Source: an uncultured Bacteroidales bacterium
Lineage (GTDB): Bacteria; Bacteroidota; Bacteroidia; Bacteroidales; VadinHA17
DNA length: 64,000 bases
Assembly (NCBI GenBank): GCA_963846335.1
Contig: CAWJVS010000030.1
Coordinates: 143,863 to 207,862 of the forward strand
Direction: 5' to 3'
The translations under genes were made by a program, and so were the position numbers. Of this stretch, positions 60,548-64,000 are shown piece after piece; positions within the stretch are counted from its first letter, which is position 1, and every line of letters starts with the position of its first letter. Below the pieces are notes generated by a model that was not told the origin of the DNA, did not search any database, and saw only the letters and a program-made list of their open reading frames with translations.

Positions 60548-62434
60548 TCAGAACCTGATTTCTATTTTGTGTGTTCCAGTTCCCTGAGGAATCTCAATTT
60601 TTCCTGTTGGATTCTTTAAGGTCGTGCCATCGATAACCGTGGAAGAAGGTTTTCCAACAGCATTTTCCATCCATTCGGATAACTCAAGATTCCAGACTGA
60701 AGCACGTGTTTTAAAATACATGCAATAATGGGGATCATAATCAACTGTTAGCACGAGCATACCCTTTTCTTGATCCCATTCTCCGGAATTATTGGAGTGC
60801 AGATAACCTATAAATTCATTCATGCTCATAAAACGTCCGTCAGGATAGAGGTCAAATATTTTTGCAAATTCATCCGGCTTTCTCGAAATACCAAAATCAT
60901 GGCCGTCAGGCAAAGTGCCAATCATTAACGGAGATTCGGGAGTCCCGAAAAACTTCCATCCGGTAACTACCATATCCTTTCCAAGATAACCGGTTTCCCA
61001 TCCGTTCCAGCCAAATCCGGCAAGACCGGCCAGTTTAGCCGTATTATTAAAATATGAAATGGAGCTACCCAGCCCGCCAGGGCAAAATTGCAGCGGAGTA
61101 ACACCAAATTGCTCCGTAAGCCAGTCCCTGGCAGTTTTCATACGCCATAACTGTTCAGCTGCCGGTATTTCCTCTTTCCTCCTCGTATCTCCAAATTCAC
61201 GATACCAGCCAACTTCTGATTTTTCCTTATCGAGTGATGCACCATACCAGCCCGGATCAGACACCAGATCAGGCTGCATATGCGTAAGTCCATGGCACAT
61301 AACCTCGAAAACGCCAAGTTTTACTCCTTTGTCATATCCCTTTTTGCCGGAGAGGTAATCCTGTTTGGTACCAAATCTGTCTGTATAGTCTTCACGCCAG
61401 GTAGGTTCCATTCTCCTTGTGGCTTCATTCACAAAGCCCGGAACAAAATTTATATTAAGTACTGCATTGTGCTTCAGCAGGGGTTTGATCAGATAATTTT
61501 CAATTGTTTCTTCTGTTAGTACCGGATAATGCCAGTGTTCAAGCCAGCTGTTCGAAGATCCGCCAGGATCATCCATGATCATTATCAGATCATTTTCCCA
61601 TGTTTTAAAAAGGTTGTAACCTATTGTCCAGGTTATGGCTTTGCGCAACAATGTGCGCATGTCCTGAAAATCAAACAGATGATTATGATCGTGGCCTATC
61701 CAGACCAGGTGACTGCCTGATGGATATTCCTTAATTGTGACCTGCGGATACGGACCCTGTTCAACAACTGATATTGTACCTTCCAGCAAATCGGCCTGCT
61801 GGCGCTGCATGTGTGCTACTATTCCGCTGTCGATCAGAAAAGGAGAGGAGAGTCCCTCAGTAATAAAATGTTTACCCTTTATTTTAAGAGATGCATCACT
61901 TTCCCAGCCGCCTGTATATTTTAATCCCAGAAGAGATTGAATCTCAGCCTGTTCAATCCTGTCGGAAAGAGCAATAAGACCAACTCCGTATTCCTTTACA
62001 ATTCCCGGGACTATTGAATAATCCTGATTTAAAATTTTTTCAGATCTGTTGACATCCCAGATAATGGTCCCATATCTTGGATTATTATTCATGTCAAGAA
62101 ACATATACCGGTCAAGTATCTGCTGATCAAGGCGTACTATGTCGAATGGAATTCCCCACGATTTTAATAATACAACAAGATGGTGAAAATCCCGGTCCCC
62201 CGGAACCTCAGGTTTTGCATCATACCCTGAATATTCTCCGGTTGATTGAGGTAAGCCAACCATGTAACTTGCCGGATCATCCCACTGATCACCTATTATT
62301 AACAAAACTCTGAATGGTTTCAGGTTAGAGGATAGTTTTTCACCGGTTACAGCATTTCCTGCTGTATAAAATAGCAATGCCAAAAATACCAGGACCGCTC
62401 TGGTATATATATATTTCACGCTTATAATTCTCAT
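60548..62434 (-). CDS. Secreted hypothetical protein (GATase/ThuA-like N-terminal region plus deacetylase-like barrel guess)
   Basis: 628 aa, intact, with a signal peptide. Motifs: FRVLLIIGDQWDDP, IMIMDDPGGSSNSW and VMCHGLTHMQPD. It is the first gene of the operon and ends 13 nt before paralogue B starts. Confidence 0.4.
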   Translation of the reverse strand: MRIISVKYIYTRAVLVFLALLFYTAGNAVTGEKLSSNLKPFRVLLIIGDQWDDPASYMVGLPQSTGEYSGYDAKPEVPGDRDFHHLVVLLKSWGIPFDIVRLDQQILDRYMFLDMNNNPRYGTIIWDVNRSEKILNQDYSIVPGIVKEYGVGLIALSDRIEQAEIQSLLGLKYTGGWESDASLKIKGKHFITEGLSSPFLIDSGIVAHMQRQQADLLEGTISVVEQGPYPQVTIKEYPSGSHLVWIGHDHNHLFDFQDMRTLLRKAITWTIGYNLFKTWENDLIMIMDDPGGSSNSWLEHWHYPVLTEETIENYLIKPLLKHNAVLNINFVPGFVNEATRRMEPTWREDYTDRFGTKQDYLSGKKGYDKGVKLGVFEVMCHGLTHMQPDLVSDPGWYGASLDKEKSEVGWYREFGDTRRKEEIPAAEQLWRMKTARDWLTEQFGVTPLQFCPGGLGSSISYFNNTAKLAGLAGFGWNGWETGYLGKDMVVTGWKFFGTPESPLMIGTLPDGHDFGISRKPDEFAKIFDLYPDGRFMSMNEFIGYLHSNNSGEWDQEKGMLVLTVDYDPHYCMYFKTRASVWNLELSEWMENAVGKPSSTVIDGTTLKNPTGKIEIPQGTGTHKIEIRF

Positions 62435-62607
62435 ATTTATATCTGTAAACGGTTAAATCTCATTAATAAGAGTTAAAAGCTGATTCCACTTCTTTCATCC
62501 TCCAAAATTATGAAACTACACAAAAAATCCTACTTTAAATATCTTTAAATTTCATAATATTGCAATTAGCTTACTTTTCATTATTATAATTTATATCATA
62601 ATAAGGT

Positions 62608-63648
62608 ATGGTAAAGACCAGATTGGATTTTATAAAAATTACCGGTTCGGTGGTTGCAGGTTTCCTGATGGGATGTGAATTGAAAGGATCTTCAGTACGC
62701 TTACAGGCAGAACTGCCTGACCTTATGATCGATAAAAACGGAAATCCTGTGAACTCAATTGCCGGATGGAATGATCTGAGACTATTAATTCTGAAGCGAT
62801 GGAGCGATTACCTGGGGATTATTGAACAAAATCCTGCCGGGCCGGTGATAAGAGTTTTAAGTGAAGAGCTACAGGATGGTATGATAAGACAATATGTTGA
62901 GTACGAAAATGAACCCGGCATCTTTGTGACTGCATATATCATTAAACCTCAATCTTTAACAAAACCCCTGCCCGGTGTCGTCGCATTGCATTCCACAAGC
63001 GATAACAAGATGCTTTATATATCAGGTGAAGAAACAGGAGATATTACACCACTTGGTTACAACCTGGCAAAAAAAGGATTTGTGGTTATCTGTCCACTCT
63101 GCTTTCTCTGGTACGACAAGGGTGAAAGGACCTACGAACAGCAGGTCGAAAGGTTTAAGTTAAGACATCCCGGCTCTAAAGGGATGGCAAAAATGTTATT
63201 TGATGCCGGGCGGGCCGTTGATGTTTTGATGAATCTTCAATGTGTTGACAATTCGAGGATAGGAGCAATAGGGCATTCATTGGGAGGAAAAGAGGCGTTT
63301 TACCTTGGTGCTTTCGATGAGCGTGTTAAAGTTATTGTCAGTAACGAAGGCGGAATTGGTATAGACTTTTCTAACTGGGACGACCCATGGTACCTTGGAA
63401 AGGAGATTCATAATTTTCATCACCAGCATCATGAACTTCTTGCTTTATGTGCCCCGAAACCTTTTCTCCTTATTGGAGGCGATTCATCAGATGGAAGTAA
63501 AAGTCTTCCCTATATAGATGCAGTCAAACCTGTTTACCGGCTTTATGGAAAAGAAGAAAATATTAAACTTTTCAATCACGGTAAGGGGCATAATATTACT
63601 CCGGAAGCAGAAAAACTCTCGTATCAGTGGATGACTGACCATTTGTAA
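62608..63648 (+). CDS. Alpha/beta hydrolase (dienelactone-hydrolase/esterase-like), lipoprotein-like leader
   Basis: 346 aa. Leader GSVVAGFLMGC. Nucleophile elbow GHSLGGKEAF. C-terminal motif GKGHN. Confidence 0.7.
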   Translation: MVKTRLDFIKITGSVVAGFLMGCELKGSSVRLQAELPDLMIDKNGNPVNSIAGWNDLRLLILKRWSDYLGIIEQNPAGPVIRVLSEELQDGMIRQYVEYENEPGIFVTAYIIKPQSLTKPLPGVVALHSTSDNKMLYISGEETGDITPLGYNLAKKGFVVICPLCFLWYDKGERTYEQQVERFKLRHPGSKGMAKMLFDAGRAVDVLMNLQCVDNSRIGAIGHSLGGKEAFYLGAFDERVKVIVSNEGGIGIDFSNWDDPWYLGKEIHNFHHQHHELLALCAPKPFLLIGGDSSDGSKSLPYIDAVKPVYRLYGKEENIKLFNHGKGHNITPEAEKLSYQWMTDHL

Positions 63649-63701
63649 AAAAATTGAATTTCGCTTGTTTTAACTAATCTAATACTACTTTGAAAAAATC
63701 G

Positions 63702-63801
63702 AAAAATCTACCTGTTTTGCCCTTAATCCCTAAAGGGAACAGGTAGATTTTTCTCCTTTCACCCTTTAGGGCTGGGGCAAAAAGGAGAAAAATCCGGTTT
63801 T
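63702..63801 (+). terminator. Two consecutive long stem-loops ending in a T-tract
   Basis: AAAAATCTACCTGTT (63702..63716) pairs with AACAGGTAGATTTTT (63738..63752). TTTCTCCTT pairs with AAGGAGAAA (about 63750..63790). These are followed by ccggTTTTT. Confidence 0.4.
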
Positions 63802-63854
63802 TAGATTCTGTCAGACTGGAACTTAAATCGATTAATAATATTATTATTGAAGAA

Positions 63855-64000
63855 ATGAAAAAATATAGTCAATTGACGTTGATTTTACTCAGTTTCCTTT
63901 TTTTTGCAAGTTGCGGAGATATTAAAAAGGCCGTAGATGAAAATGCGAATATCGGCCAGGAAAACTCCTGGAGAGTAATTGGTCCGGGAGGTGGCGGCGG
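63855..64000 (+). CDS. 5' end of a lipoprotein gene running off the window (BNR/sortilin-type start VIGPGGGG)
   Basis: ATG at 63855. Reads MKKYSQLTLILLSFLFFASCGDIKKAVDENANIGQENSWRVIGPGGGG, open to the window edge. Confidence 0.5.
   Translation, partial: MKKYSQLTLILLSFLFFASCGDIKKAVDENANIGQENSWRVIGPGGGG

Noticed and set aside
1-64000. Defence systems, prophage, integrative elements, toxin-antitoxin pairs or secondary-metabolite clusters
   Set aside because: I recognised no nuclease, helicase, methylase, integrase, transposase, capsid, terminase, NRPS or PKS motif in any frame. The content is overwhelmingly carbohydrate and peptide catabolism.

Overview
This window looks like a Bacteroidota glycan-utilisation island. 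The evidence is one SusC/SusD pair, many lipoprotein (L-x-x-C) and twin-arginine signal peptides, and a TAnnTTTG-type -7 box. I count about 45 protein-coding genes and saw no rRNA, tRNA, CRISPR array, transposase, integrase or recognisable defence gene.

Content from left to right:
- 90-2187: a sialidase-like gene and a NanA/DapA-family lyase (stop and start overlap as ATGA), followed by an AraC regulator.
- 3309-6027: a heavily frame-disrupted YncE-propeller/phosphoesterase gene.
- 6158-18911: a 12.7-kb co-directional operon. It encodes a ROK kinase, a GmhA-like SIS isomerase, a TAT-signal GH38, an MFS permease, an HldE-type kinase::HAD fusion, a DHS-fold protein, an AGE isomerase and a CsxA-like GH2.
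- 19020-23080: two tandem secreted beta-propeller paralogues and a GH109-like TAT oxidoreductase.
- 23118-38845: GH42-like, beta-helix and jelly-roll lyase-like enzymes, a TAT aldo/keto reductase, esterase-like alpha/beta hydrolases, a CocE/NonD hydrolase and a transglutaminase-like lipoprotein.
- 38984-49247: SusC, SusD, a GH42-like enzyme and a GH20-like enzyme.
- 49320-51501: an overlapping alpha-oxoamine synthase / enolase-superfamily epimerase pair.
- 52988-54079: a secreted nitrilase-superfamily hydrolase.
- 54550-56742: a second GH20-like paralogue with a scrambled 5' end.
- 56755-62434: an operon with two tandem TAT-exported Gfo/Idh/MocA oxidoreductases.

Two features recur across the window:
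- About 12 genes need frame changes to be read, and two regions are extreme indel hot spots.
- Many 3' intergenic regions carry short word-like tandem or palindromic repeats, including a shared GGGACGGGTCG-type element at two sites and a nested-palindrome, MITE-like element.

The most unusual candidate system is the GmhA/HldE-kinase::HAD/DHS-fold module sitting inside a glycosidase/transporter operon. I interpret it as a possible heptose or other phosphosugar salvage route. The exported NAD(P)-enzyme cluster is second.

All family assignments come from motif recognition by eye, not from database searches.
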